Positions 37,352 through 47,720 are shown, numbered from the stretch's first letter. The stretch: 64,000 nucleotides of DNA from Candidatus Bathyarchaeia archaeon (GCA_049513715.1 JBEKVV010000004.1:177452-241451), one strand, 5' to 3'. Made by a program: numbers and translations. The notes: generated by a model from the sequence alone, not told the origin.

Positions 37352-38488
37352 ATGGATTTCTCACGCAGCAAACGGCAGGAAGACGTCGCGAGAAAGGCTA
37401 GACGTTTCGTTGAGGACCACGTTCAGGCTAAGGCTGACCGTTGGGACAAGAGCAACAAGTTCCCGCTTGAAGCATGGCGCGCTCTAGCAAAGGCAGGACT
37501 GGCAGGGATACCCATTCCTCGTAAGTATGGGGGAGGTGGGGAGGACGTCGTCAGCTATGCTCAGGTTGTGGAAGAAATCTCGCGTGCCTCAGCAGCGCTG
37601 GGGGTCACGTTGGCTGTGCATGTATCACTCGTCAGCCAACCGCTGCTGTGGTATGGAACTGAGAGACAGAAGATGCGCCACCTCAAACCCCTCGCCCAAG
37701 GAAAGCAGTTCGGATCCTTCTGCCTAACCGAACCCGGGGCGGGCAGTGATGTTGTTTCCATGGAAACCAAAGCAGTCCCGGACGGGGAGGATTATGTCAT
37801 TACTGGCCGGAAGTATTTCATCGTCAACGCGCCCTTGGCAAGCACGTACTTAGTGTTCGCGATGACCGACAAATCCCTCGCACACCGTGGCATGTCATGC
37901 TTCATTGTCAAACGAGAGATGCCTGGCGTTAAGATTGGGAAGATATTCGACAAGATGGGCATTCGTTCATCGATGGTCTCGGAGGTTATCCTAGATCATG
38001 TTCACGTCCCAGCCGAGAACATGCTCGGCCAACGCGGGGACGGATTCAAAATTGCAATGGACACACTGGATTGTGGACGAATCAGCATCGCCGCGCAGGC
38101 GGTTGGAATCGCTCAAGCTTCACTTGATGCAGCCGTCCGATATGCTCGGTCGAGGGTTCAGTTCGGCAAACCCATCTCGGACTTGGAGGCGATCAAATGG
38201 ATGATTGCCGATATGGCCACCGATATTGAAGCAGCCCGCCTCCTCACGTACAAAGCAGCGTACCTCACTGATCGGGGGCGCAAGCATACGAAGGAAGCTA
38301 GCATGGCGAAATTGTTCGCTGCGTCGACGGCTGTTGAGGCGACGAGGAAGGCGCTTCAGATTCACGGCGGGTACGGTTACATGACCGACCTACCACTGGA
38401 GCGGTACTACCGGGACGCTAAGATTACGGAAATTTACGAGGGCACCTCAGAAATTCAGCGACTGATTATCTCCAACGAACTCCTCTAA
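37352..38488 (+). CDS. Acyl-CoA dehydrogenase (butyryl-CoA dehydrogenase-like)
   Basis: CLTEPGAGSD, RVQFGKPI, QIHGGYG, IYEGTSEIQ. Confidence 0.95.
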   Translation: MDFSRSKRQEDVARKARRFVEDHVQAKADRWDKSNKFPLEAWRALAKAGLAGIPIPRKYGGGGEDVVSYAQVVEEISRASAALGVTLAVHVSLVSQPLLWYGTERQKMRHLKPLAQGKQFGSFCLTEPGAGSDVVSMETKAVPDGEDYVITGRKYFIVNAPLASTYLVFAMTDKSLAHRGMSCFIVKREMPGVKIGKIFDKMGIRSSMVSEVILDHVHVPAENMLGQRGDGFKIAMDTLDCGRISIAAQAVGIAQASLDAAVRYARSRVQFGKPISDLEAIKWMIADMATDIEAARLLTYKAAYLTDRGRKHTKEASMAKLFAASTAVEATRKALQIHGGYGYMTDLPLERYYRDAKITEIYEGTSEIQRLIISNELL

Positions 38489-38504
38489 GGAGCAAAAAGC
38501 AGCC

Positions 38505-39929
38505 ATGAAAACAAAACAACAGTACTTGCAAAGCATGAGGAAACTGAACGCAGAAGCCTACATGCGCGGCAAGCGCATCTCGGATGTGACCAAGAATTCG
38601 TTCACGCGGTTGGCTTTGGAGGGGATCGGCCAAATCTACGACCTATCAGAGAAGAAAAGATTCGCCAGCCTGTTGACCAGAAAAAGAGAGAATGGGGCAT
38701 GGATTAGTGCGTACTGTTCAATTCACCGGTCCAAGGAGGATCTAGTGAACCGCGTTCGCGCCGCGCGGCTTGTCTGTCAAGAGACGGGGGTTTGTACTGC
38801 CAGCCGTTGTTGCGGGTGGGACGCTTTGAATGCCTTGTGGTATACGACCCATGAAATCGACACGCACCTTGGGACGAATTATCACAAGCGGCTCAGGCGT
38901 TATGTGGCGATGGTGCAAAACAAAGACCTGACCTGCGCAGGGGCGTTGACGGACCCGAAGGGAAACCGATCCCTGAAGCCCAAGCATCAGCCAGACAAGG
39001 ACGTCTACCTCAGGGTGGTTGACGAGAACAAGAAGGGAATCGTTGTGCGAGGGGCCAAGAGCATGATTGGTGGAGCCATTGGCTCGCACGAAATCATCAT
39101 CCTGCCAGGAACCGGGTTCACTGAGGCTGAGAAGGAGCACGCCGTTGCCTTCGCTATACCGCTCAACACCAAAGGGATCGTTCAGGTTGTGAACATGCAA
39201 GCGGGCGCGGAGAGAAAGATGCAGAACGGTTTCGATAAGGGTAATGTGAACTTCGGCTCCTCCGAATCCCTAGTCATCTTCGACGACGTCTTCATTCCCA
39301 AGGAACGCGTGTTCATGAACGGTGAGTACGAGTACGCTGCAGAGGCTGTTGCGAAGTTCGTTTTGTTGCACCGCATGGTGCTGGGTGGCTGCTTGGCCGG
39401 CTGCGGAGACGTACTAACAGGCGCGGCTGCGCTCCTCGCCGAATACAATGGCCTTTCCCGGCAACAGTCGGAACGGTTAACGGAGATGACGTACCTGTCG
39501 GAGGCGTTGTACTCGCAGGCTTTGGGCTCTGCCCATGAAGGACAGGGAACGCCTTCAGGCGCGTGGTTCCCCGACCCACTCCTTGCAAACGTCACCAAGA
39601 TCAGTGTGGCACGCCTGCCCTACGAGATTCAGAAGATAGCCGAAGACATTGGAGGCGGCATGGTCTCCAGCATGCCATCAGAACTGGACCTGAAGAATGC
39701 TCGAGTCGGCCCCTTGGTTGAGAAATATTACCGAGGAACGGGCGGTGTTGCTGCTGAGAAGAAGCTGAGGGCGGCTAAATTGATTGAGAGCATGATCGCA
39801 GGCCCCGGAAGGCTTGGAGCCTTATGCATGCACGGAGGCGGGTCCCCCGCAGCGGCCCAAATGACCGTCAGGCAGCTTGCGGAACTAGAGCGAAAGAAGG
39901 AACTGGCCAAGAAACTCTCAGGAATCTAA
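38505..39929 (+). CDS. 4-hydroxybutyryl-CoA dehydratase (AbfD)/HpaB family protein, divergent
   Basis: TDPKGNRS, VVRGAK, VIFDDVFIP, HR..GGC, MHGGGSP. Confidence 0.85.
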   Translation: MKTKQQYLQSMRKLNAEAYMRGKRISDVTKNSFTRLALEGIGQIYDLSEKKRFASLLTRKRENGAWISAYCSIHRSKEDLVNRVRAARLVCQETGVCTASRCCGWDALNALWYTTHEIDTHLGTNYHKRLRRYVAMVQNKDLTCAGALTDPKGNRSLKPKHQPDKDVYLRVVDENKKGIVVRGAKSMIGGAIGSHEIIILPGTGFTEAEKEHAVAFAIPLNTKGIVQVVNMQAGAERKMQNGFDKGNVNFGSSESLVIFDDVFIPKERVFMNGEYEYAAEAVAKFVLLHRMVLGGCLAGCGDVLTGAAALLAEYNGLSRQQSERLTEMTYLSEALYSQALGSAHEGQGTPSGAWFPDPLLANVTKISVARLPYEIQKIAEDIGGGMVSSMPSELDLKNARVGPLVEKYYRGTGGVAAEKKLRAAKLIESMIAGPGRLGALCMHGGGSPAAAQMTVRQLAELERKKELAKKLSGI

Positions 39930-39940
39930 CCCTACACCCG

Positions 39941-40082
39941 GGTCAAGAGTTCGGATCCTCCCGGACCCGCCACATCACCCGTCATTTCTGCCGGCAAGTT
40001 GGGTTCAGCTCTCCTCCCCCGCACCACAAATTGGACGCCGCACCGACTTGAGACGCGGTTCGAAATCCCTGCCCCATCTCTC
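39941..40082 (+). repeat. Three stacked degenerate tRNA-3'-end-like sequences
   Basis: GTTCGGATCCTCCCGGACCCGCCA; CCGGCAAGTTGGGTTCAGCTCTCCTCCCCCGCACCA; GGTTCGAAATCCCTGCCCCATCTCT. Confidence 0.65.
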
Positions 40083-40453
40083 TCAATATTCCCCTAGAAT
40101 TGGTGGAACTTTCTTCCTAAGCACGCTATGAGTTTCGGATCGAGTTTGCTGTTTCATATCCCATGATTCTACCCATTTCGCGGAATATGTCCCCAGCTTA
40201 GATCGAAAAGTATGAGACCTTAACGTGTGCCCAGCTCTTGCTTGATTACTTAGGAAACATCATTCGAACAGTTTTATCTTTGCGGGACCCTTGTCTCAAG
40301 CTGAGTCGATAGATGATGGGCATGTTAGCTTTCACGCTCCTAGGGGCAGTGATCGCAGAAGTGCTTGCAAGATATTTGATCTGGCGCGGCCGGTCAGAAA
40401 CTTAGTTCATGAGAGAGAGTCGTTTTCCGATTTTCCAAATGGAGATGGGACGA

Positions 40454-41416
40454 ATGAAGAGGATAGCCGTGGTTACAACTGGTGGAGATGCGCCTGGCAT
40501 GAATGCTGCTATCAGAGGCGTTGTCCGTATTGCGTGTTCAAAGAAGTTTCAAGTTGTGGGTTTCAGGAGAGGGTGGGAAGGCTTGATTACAAATACGTTT
40601 ACCCAGTTGACGCCTCGATCCGTAGGCGGCATTCTACAGTTAGGTGGAACAATTCTGCATACATCAAGATGCCAGGAGTTCGAAAAGAGAGAAGGAATCA
40701 GGAAAGCTGCGGAAACTCTCGCATTGAATCATATTGACGGACTTGTGATCATTGGCGGTAACGGCTCTTTCAAGGGCGCTCTTGACCTTAGCGCATACAC
40801 GGATACAATGATGGTTGGAATTCCTGCGTCAATCGACAACGATGTCTTTGGAACAGATGAAACCATAGGTTTTGACACGGCTGCAAACACAGCAGTCGCC
40901 GAAATCGATAAGATCCGAGACACGGCAGTTTCCCATGAGAGAGTTTTCATGATTGAAGTGATGGGGCGAGAAAGAGGTTTTCTCGCGTTGGAGATCGGCC
41001 TCACCGTTGGCGCGGAGATAATTCTAGTTCCAGAAGTGAAATATCAAAACGAGAACCTCTTCGAGACCGTAAGAGAAAACATGGCCAAAGGAAAGAAGTC
41101 AGGCCTGATCGTGGCGGCTGAAGGAATAGGAGACACTCGTCTTCTTGCAGGGCAGATCCAGCGAAACACAAAGGCAGAGGTCAGATTGAGCATCATAGGC
41201 TACGCTCAAAGAGGCGGCAATCCCACGGCGAGGAGCAGGCTCTTGGCGAGCTTGTTCGCAGACAAAGCGATCCAGCTATTGTCACAGAAAGACGGTGGCA
41301 GAGTAGTCGGATTGCAAGATGGCGAGATTGGAAGTGTGGAGCTTCAGAAATCATGTAATACGAAGAAGGTTTTGGATCCAAATCTACTTAGACTGGCTAA
41401 TTTACTTGCAACATGA
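40454..41416 (+). CDS. pfkA: ATP-dependent 6-phosphofructokinase (bacterial PfkA type)
   Basis: TGGDAPGMN, GGTILHTSR, GGNGS, PASIDND, EVMGR. Confidence 0.92.
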   Translation: MKRIAVVTTGGDAPGMNAAIRGVVRIACSKKFQVVGFRRGWEGLITNTFTQLTPRSVGGILQLGGTILHTSRCQEFEKREGIRKAAETLALNHIDGLVIIGGNGSFKGALDLSAYTDTMMVGIPASIDNDVFGTDETIGFDTAANTAVAEIDKIRDTAVSHERVFMIEVMGRERGFLALEIGLTVGAEIILVPEVKYQNENLFETVRENMAKGKKSGLIVAAEGIGDTRLLAGQIQRNTKAEVRLSIIGYAQRGGNPTARSRLLASLFADKAIQLLSQKDGGRVVGLQDGEIGSVELQKSCNTKKVLDPNLLRLANLLAT

Positions 41417-41527
41417 AAACACAACCAACGCCTTCGCGTAGGGTCTTGATACGATAGCGAAGCTATGTCAGACTGAGATAATGATATAGAGAAGACCTCG
41501 GTTCAATGGAGAAGGAAGTATTATTTC

Positions 41528-42295
41528 TTGAGCATGAATGTCTTCCTCACTAAAAATAGGGGTTTGCTCCTTGCATATGATCAGGGGCTCGAGCATGGGC
41601 CTACGGATTTCAATGAAAAGAATGTTGATCCAGCCTTCATCATGAACCTCGCAGTTGAGGGGAGGTTCAGTGGAGTAATATTCCAGAAGGGATTGGCTGA
41701 GAAGTACTACGACGGTAAGGTACCCCTAATCGTTAAGGTCAACGGGAAGACGAACCTCGTCAAAGGAGAACCATTGGCAAGACAATTATGCAGTGTAAAA
41801 AGGGCAGCCGAGATTGGTGCGAAGGCGGTCGGATACACGATTTTTGCAGGTAGCGCTCACGAGAGCCTCATGTTTGAGGAGTTTGGAAGAATACAGGAAG
41901 AGGCTCATAGACTCAATATGGCAGCGGTCACGTGGGTTTACCCTCGTGGAGCAGCAATAAAGAATGATACGGCTCCTGAGATTGTTGCCTACGCCGCGAG
42001 GATAGGTCTAGAGGTCGGCGCCGACGCTGTCAAGATAAAGTATCCGGGTGATGTTGAATCGTTCAAATGGGCGGTAAAGTCCGCCGGAAAAGTGAAGGTC
42101 TTCATGTCGGGCGGACCGAAAGCTGCGTCGGAAACTGACTTCCTAAAGCAGGTTAGAGGGGCGCTCGACGCTGGTGCCACAGGGCTGGCAGTGGGTCGCA
42201 ACGTATGGCAAAGTTCGGATCCTGTAAGAATGGCCCACGCGCTGAGAAGATTAGTTATTGAAAATCGTTCTGTGAAGGAAGCGCTTCGGGCTTGA
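41528..42295 (+). CDS. fba: Class I (DhnA/archaeal-type) fructose-bisphosphate aldolase
   Basis: AYDQGLEHGP, WVYPRG, GADAVKIKY, AVGRNVWQ. Confidence 0.92.
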   Translation: MSMNVFLTKNRGLLLAYDQGLEHGPTDFNEKNVDPAFIMNLAVEGRFSGVIFQKGLAEKYYDGKVPLIVKVNGKTNLVKGEPLARQLCSVKRAAEIGAKAVGYTIFAGSAHESLMFEEFGRIQEEAHRLNMAAVTWVYPRGAAIKNDTAPEIVAYAARIGLEVGADAVKIKYPGDVESFKWAVKSAGKVKVFMSGGPKAASETDFLKQVRGALDAGATGLAVGRNVWQSSDPVRMAHALRRLVIENRSVKEALRA

Positions 42296-42336
42296 AGATT
42301 GGAAGGCTTCAAGCATGGACATAATGAAGTGACGAT

Positions 42337-43266
42337 ATGAGAGTCAAGCTGGTCCGAAGCCCCAAGAATCCCATCATTGAACCAAGATCCGAGGTAGCAT
42401 GGGAAATCATGGCCACCTTCAATCCCGGAGCTGCAAAAAACGGTGAGGTTATTCACATACTGTATAGGGCGGTCAACGAACACAACATTTCGTCCCTTGG
42501 CCATGCAACAACGAAAGACGGCGAAACGATCGTTGACCGATCTCTGGAACCTGCCCTCGCCCCGGTTGACACTTGGGAAGAACTTGGCTGTGAAGACCCG
42601 CGCATAACAGCCTTCGATGGAGGATTCTACGTTTTCTATACGGCGTATTCGCGACGAGGCCCTCGAATTGCCTTGGTCTCGACAAATGACTTTAGGAGAT
42701 ACGAACGCTACGGATTGGTAGGTCCGAACTACGACGACAAGGACGCCGCCCTCTTTCCTCAGCTCATCCGCGGGAAATTCGCCGTTGTACACAGAATAGA
42801 ACCAAACATCGAATTGGCTTTCTATGATAGCATCAAGCAGATGGAGAAAGTTTCGCAAAATCCATACTCGAAGAACTACCTCAAACGCATCGAAGCAGAC
42901 ACTATCATGAAACCAAAGTGGAAGTGGGAAGAGAAGAAGGTTGGAATTGGCCCCCCGCCGATCCGAACCAACGCTGGATGGATAGTCATCTATCACGGCG
43001 TGGATTCTAACACTGTATATCGTGCAGGGGCAGCCCTCCTTGATCTTGAAAACCCATTCCGAGTGATCGCCCGAACTCCGGAACCCATCCTAGAACCGGA
43101 AGAAGAATTCGAAAGGGTCGGAGTGGTACCTAATGTTGTTTTCCCGGAAGGTGCAGTCGTGGTAAAGGATGACCTCAAGGTCTTCTACGGCGGAGCAGAC
43201 AGAATCTGCTGTGTCGCGAGTGTCCCAATGAAATTGCTGATAGAAGCCTTAGAAAGCTACAGCTAG
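42337..43266 (+). CDS. GH130 glycoside phosphorylase/hydrolase
   Basis: FNPGA, LYRA, GCEDPRIT, KDAALFP, YHGV, NVVFP, YGGAD. Confidence 0.9.
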   Translation: MRVKLVRSPKNPIIEPRSEVAWEIMATFNPGAAKNGEVIHILYRAVNEHNISSLGHATTKDGETIVDRSLEPALAPVDTWEELGCEDPRITAFDGGFYVFYTAYSRRGPRIALVSTNDFRRYERYGLVGPNYDDKDAALFPQLIRGKFAVVHRIEPNIELAFYDSIKQMEKVSQNPYSKNYLKRIEADTIMKPKWKWEEKKVGIGPPPIRTNAGWIVIYHGVDSNTVYRAGAALLDLENPFRVIARTPEPILEPEEEFERVGVVPNVVFPEGAVVVKDDLKVFYGGADRICCVASVPMKLLIEALESYS

Positions 43267-43283
43267 AATCCGTCCTATCAAAG

Positions 43284-44066
43284 CTGGTAAATTCCATATC
43301 GCATAGGAAAATCATCATCTTCGATCTTGACGGTACTCTGACAAAGAGCAAGTCAGACCTTGATCATGAAATGGCTTCGCTGATTTGCGAACTGCTCCGG
43401 CTAAGATACGTTGCAGTGACCTCAGGCTGTTCTTTTCAACAGTTTGAAAGCCAATTCCTGAGTGGACTGCCAGGGAGCAGCAACCTACGCAACTTGCTCA
43501 TGTTTCCGACCTGCTCGGCCAGTGGTTACTATTTTGACAGAAAACGGCGTCGTTTCTCTCAAGCTTACACTAATCTCCTGTCCGCACAGGACATCAAGAA
43601 AATACTCAGATCATTCCAAAGAGTCTTCGCGGAAACCGACTATGTTCACCCAGCAAAGACATACGGACCAGTTTTCGAGAACCGGGGGAGTCAGCTCACA
43701 TTCTCCGCCCTAGGCCAGAAGGCTCCGCTGCGTTTCAAACGTAAATGGGATCCCAATCAGCAGAAGCGTCTGAAGATCAGAAGGCTCCTGAGAACGCGGC
43801 TGCCCGACTTCGAGATATCTATTGGCGGAACCACCTCCATCGACGTCACGAGAAAAGGCGTTGACAAGACATTATGCGTAAAGAAGCTGAAAGAACATCT
43901 CGGTGTGGAACGGAAAGACATGTTGTTTGTCGGGGATGCTCTGTTCAGAGGTGGGAACGACTACATCATGAAGAGCACGGGTATTAGGTGCATATCAGTC
44001 TCGGGCCCGAAGGAAACGAAGGAACTGATAAGAAGGATAATTCAGAACGTCAAAGTCGTACCTTGA
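43284..44066 (+). CDS. HAD-IIB phosphomannomutase (eukaryotic PMM-like); start upstream of the first ATG
   Basis: In-frame KIIIFDLDGTLT upstream of ATG 43371; ENRGSQ, GGTTSIDV, FVGD..GGND. Confidence 0.85.
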   Translation: MVNSISHRKIIIFDLDGTLTKSKSDLDHEMASLICELLRLRYVAVTSGCSFQQFESQFLSGLPGSSNLRNLLMFPTCSASGYYFDRKRRRFSQAYTNLLSAQDIKKILRSFQRVFAETDYVHPAKTYGPVFENRGSQLTFSALGQKAPLRFKRKWDPNQQKRLKIRRLLRTRLPDFEISIGGTTSIDVTRKGVDKTLCVKKLKEHLGVERKDMLFVGDALFRGGNDYIMKSTGIRCISVSGPKETKELIRRIIQNVKVVP

Positions 44067-44403
44067 TGTTGAAGGTAAAGACGCATGAATCCAAGCCGTA
44101 CCTCGACCTGTTCACCAAGTTCAAAAGCCATCCTTGCCTACATCGATGGAAACCACGATATGTGAGGTGTCGTATCCCATTGGCCCCATGGCAGCTTCAT
44201 CCTCAAAACATGTCTAAAAGCCCCTGACTTTCAGGATAACGAAACTAAACTCTATTGTTAAATGAATGGGAAGGTGCGTTTAGTTCAGGTAACTCGTGAC
44301 TAACGGTAGCACTTCAGCGGCTTCTGGCTTGAGAACTAGGGTTTCCACTGGTTACTCTGCGCGAAGCGGCTTCGGAGACCAAACGATTCCCCTTCGATCA
44401 GGC

Positions 44404-45357
44404 TCAGGCTTCGACGTGAAGGCATTGTCGTACTTTGTTTTTCTCAAGGTCGATGACGTATCCTCTCAAGATTCCGCTCTGGTACTCGCTCCCAGCGTTG
44501 AAACAAATTGTCTTGCCTATCTTCACTTCTCCCGGTGACTCATGAATATGTCCATGCATGCCGACCAAGGGCTGGTATTCTTCGATGGCCTTCAGAACCG
44601 CCGTGCTTCCTACAGGTATCTTCATCAGTTCTCCTGTGGCGACGACTGGTCGCAAATCTTTGTCAAGTTTGGGCGCTGTATCTAGGCCAGTGCCAAATGG
44701 GGGGCAGTGGAAGTTGAATATGCTGTTCTTGGCGTCTTTCAGCATTGACGCCATGTGGTCGATTTTCGCTTTGAGTTCTTCTTCTGAACATTCACGGGGT
44801 GTTTTCCATGGGGTCGGATTACTGTAGCCTGTGCTTATCATTTCATGGCCTTCGCCAATCTCAAGGGCTTTGTCCTCCGGGTTCACAATGAAACCCGACT
44901 TGTTGATAATTTCTCCAATCTCAGTTGTATCGTCGTTTCCGGGCATCATGTAGCAGGCAACGCCGGTGCCTTTCAATCTCTCTTCGGCGATTCGAACCCA
45001 GCGTTCCATTTCCTCAAGCACGTGTTTATGCAAGGTGGCCCCCTGCTGAGCAGGGTTTGCCCAAATTTCTTCGTGCCGCTGTTTAGTTACAGTGTCATAG
45101 TAGTAGCCGACGTTCCTAATTCGTTTGATGAGATCTTGGAGTTCTTGCTTCGAGGTGACAATTTCCTTCGAGCCTAGAAACGTGGTTTCATACGTCCCAT
45201 TCTCCAAATCGACAATCGGTACCATTGCCTTCCCGGTTAGATCTCCTGAAGCGATTACGACTTGGGCTTTGTAAATCTTCAATTTGGCTGCGTTCACGAA
45301 TTTCAGGAACGTGCTCTCAGAGCCATGAAGGTCACAGGCGTAGTAGATTCTTATCAT
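44404..45357 (-). CDS. Calcineurin-like metallophosphoesterase (Icc-related)
   Basis: DLHGS, GDLTGK, PGNDD, HCPP, GHIHE. Confidence 0.88.
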   Translation of the reverse strand: MIRIYYACDLHGSESTFLKFVNAAKLKIYKAQVVIASGDLTGKAMVPIVDLENGTYETTFLGSKEIVTSKQELQDLIKRIRNVGYYYDTVTKQRHEEIWANPAQQGATLHKHVLEEMERWVRIAEERLKGTGVACYMMPGNDDTTEIGEIINKSGFIVNPEDKALEIGEGHEMISTGYSNPTPWKTPRECSEEELKAKIDHMASMLKDAKNSIFNFHCPPFGTGLDTAPKLDKDLRPVVATGELMKIPVGSTAVLKAIEEYQPLVGMHGHIHESPGEVKIGKTICFNAGSEYQSGILRGYVIDLEKNKVRQCLHVEA

Positions 45358-45438
45358 CCGACTGGCCTTTCCAATTCATGTGATTGATGAATCGTTTATA
45401 CCGGTTATGGTTGAGTTGCAGGGATAACAGGGTTGGCT

Positions 45439-46830
45439 TCACACGCAGAACTCAACAGCAGTTCTGAAATATGTTTTGGCGAATCCCGTTAGCTCTTTCG
45501 CATCAACGTTCTCATCGTAGCCGTGGATTACTGTCATGTTGCCTGGGCCGAACCAAACAGTAGGTATTCCTCTGAGCCTGAAGGCGTGGGCGTCGCTTGT
45601 TCCGGTTGAAAGAAAGGGCTTCGGATCGCTTCCCATGATTGAGTGAGAAGCCTTCCCCAAGATGTTGATGAATTCAAGTTTGGGAGAAGTGAAATTTGGA
45701 TCCGACTCGAGCAGTTTCTCGACCACAACACCAGTGTTTGCTAGGAGCTCTGTTGTGCGCTCCATCGCCTTGGCCGCCGTGATGCTGGGCGCAAGACAAA
45801 GTGCAATATCGGCTTCCGCGCTGTCTGGTACCATGTTGATCATCGTTCCTCCTCGTATTGTTCCTATGTTCACGGAGGTGTGAGTGAGTAGCTTTTTCGC
45901 CTCCATAAGTCGCCCTGCCGCTCCCATCATGGTTGCGTATTGTTCCACTAATTCCTCTGAGAATGGAAGAACCTCTTTTACCTCTCCTGGGATGGGTGGT
46001 TCATCGTTCCAAATGGCAGCGAGTGCGTCGAGTGCCCCATTTAACCTCAGAATCGCGCTGTCCCCGAGGACTGGTGAGGAACCATGAGCCGGTTTGCCAG
46101 TGGCTTTCAACCTTAACCAAAGGTCTCCTCTATCCCCCACCCCAATCGCATCCTGGCCTGTGGGCTCTCCCATGATGCAACCCTCGCCAGCAACAACTCC
46201 GGCGTCTATCAGTTTATAGAGAAGTTTTCGAGCAGGATCGAAGTTCTCTTCGTCAGGTACTGTAATTAACTGCAGGTTCTTTCGAAGCTTGATGTCCAGT
46301 TGTCCTAATACCTTGAAGGCTAAGAGGAGCGCCGCTAAGCCCCCCTTCATGTCTGAGGCTCCTCGTCCCAGAACCTTTCCATCAGTTGTTGTCTTCCCCG
46401 AGTATGGGGGAAAGCTCCACCGCTTCCGGTCCCCTGCAGGAACAACATCAGCATGGCCGTAGAAGACGAGGCCGGGCTCGGCTTTTCTGCCGAGGTTCGA
46501 GACGAGATGTTCCTTGCCTTTCTCTTTCGAGTGGATTCGTGAGGAGACGCCATAATCTTTCAACCAATCTCTAATGAATTCGGTGATCTCGGTCATTATT
46601 GCTGGCGGGTTTTCCGTCGGAAATCGAATGAGCTGACCACAAAACCTTGCCAGAGATTTGGATTCGCGTTCTATTTGCTTCAATCCTCTTTCCAACAATC
46701 GCGACTTATCTGTTGTACCTCTAGCTGACAATTGAAAACTAACCCGAAATTTCGCTGTCTCTCGTCTGATGTCAAAACACTTTCGTACATACTCTACTTT
46801 CCTTGGGAGTTCAACCACGAATACGTCCAA
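45439..46830 (-). CDS. M20 metallopeptidase (ArgE/DapE family); true start probably about 46730
   Basis: GHADVV, GRGASDMKGG, DEE, HGS, GPG..HGYDE. Confidence 0.9.
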   Translation of the reverse strand: MDVFVVELPRKVEYVRKCFDIRRETAKFRVSFQLSARGTTDKSRLLERGLKQIERESKSLARFCGQLIRFPTENPPAIMTEITEFIRDWLKDYGVSSRIHSKEKGKEHLVSNLGRKAEPGLVFYGHADVVPAGDRKRWSFPPYSGKTTTDGKVLGRGASDMKGGLAALLLAFKVLGQLDIKLRKNLQLITVPDEENFDPARKLLYKLIDAGVVAGEGCIMGEPTGQDAIGVGDRGDLWLRLKATGKPAHGSSPVLGDSAILRLNGALDALAAIWNDEPPIPGEVKEVLPFSEELVEQYATMMGAAGRLMEAKKLLTHTSVNIGTIRGGTMINMVPDSAEADIALCLAPSITAAKAMERTTELLANTGVVVEKLLESDPNFTSPKLEFINILGKASHSIMGSDPKPFLSTGTSDAHAFRLRGIPTVWFGPGNMTVIHGYDENVDAKELTGFAKTYFRTAVEFCV

Positions 46831-46893
46831 TCCTTTTTATCATCAGGAAAAGATATTCGCCACCGACTGCAATGGTCGGGCTGCTAATACAAC

Positions 46894-47655
46894 TTGCAAA
46901 ACAATGATTCCGGGCAAGACGTCTTTTTCAGGGAAATAGACAAGATTCTCTCTTTGGCTAAAGACGAGGCCGTCACGCTTAGGCTCCTTGGGGCAACCGC
47001 GATTCGAAGCCGCAGTGAAACTGCTAAGAAGATGTCCCAGAGTCGCAAGCTTACTGACTTGGATTTTGTTGCCTACAAGAAGGATCGTAAGAAGATAGAG
47101 GGGATCTTCGCTCACCTTGGTTACGCGCCGAATTCAACCTTCAATATGCTTCACGGGGACGAGCGACTCATGTTCTTCGGCAGCGATTTCAAAATTGACG
47201 TCTGGCTCGAAGTCTTCAGGATGGCTCACACTTTCAACTTCAAAGACAGGTTGGCAGTCGACAATCCAACACTTCCCCTTTCGGACCTACTGATGACAAA
47301 ACTGCAAATTGTCGAGCTGAATGAGAAGGACGTAAGGGACCTTATCTGCCTCTTGAACGACCACGACCTCTCCCAAAATGATGAGAACCGGGAAATGATC
47401 AATGTCGGACGCTTAGCAGATGAGTGCTCAAAAAACTGGGGTGTATACAAGACTTTCACTGTGAACCTCAACAAGATCAAAACACTACTCCCAAAGTACC
47501 AAGCCGAAGCGACACCGGTGGATTCTAAGATCATCCTAGATGGAATTAACCGAATCTTAAGCTCACTAGAGGCGGCTCCTAAGAGCTTGGGATGGAAGAT
47601 GAGAGCTAAAGTCGGGGAAAAGAGACCCTGGTACGAAACCCCTGACGTACGGTAA
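46894..47655 (+). CDS. Uncharacterised nucleotidyltransferase-fold protein
   Basis: LLGATA...TDLDF...KIDVW (Pol-beta-like G..DxD..D pattern); LLMTKLQ..EKDVRD. Confidence 0.7.
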   Translation: MQNNDSGQDVFFREIDKILSLAKDEAVTLRLLGATAIRSRSETAKKMSQSRKLTDLDFVAYKKDRKKIEGIFAHLGYAPNSTFNMLHGDERLMFFGSDFKIDVWLEVFRMAHTFNFKDRLAVDNPTLPLSDLLMTKLQIVELNEKDVRDLICLLNDHDLSQNDENREMINVGRLADECSKNWGVYKTFTVNLNKIKTLLPKYQAEATPVDSKIILDGINRILSSLEAAPKSLGWKMRAKVGEKRPWYETPDVR

Positions 47656-47720
47656 GGATCAAGTTCTCCCGTAGGGCGCTCGGCCTATGAATTGACGTTG
47701 ATTCTGCTGGCTTTGTGGAT

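Noticed and set aside
41989..42996. 335 aa minus-strand ORF
   Set aside because: Antisense shadow of fba and GH130, which have clear family motifs.
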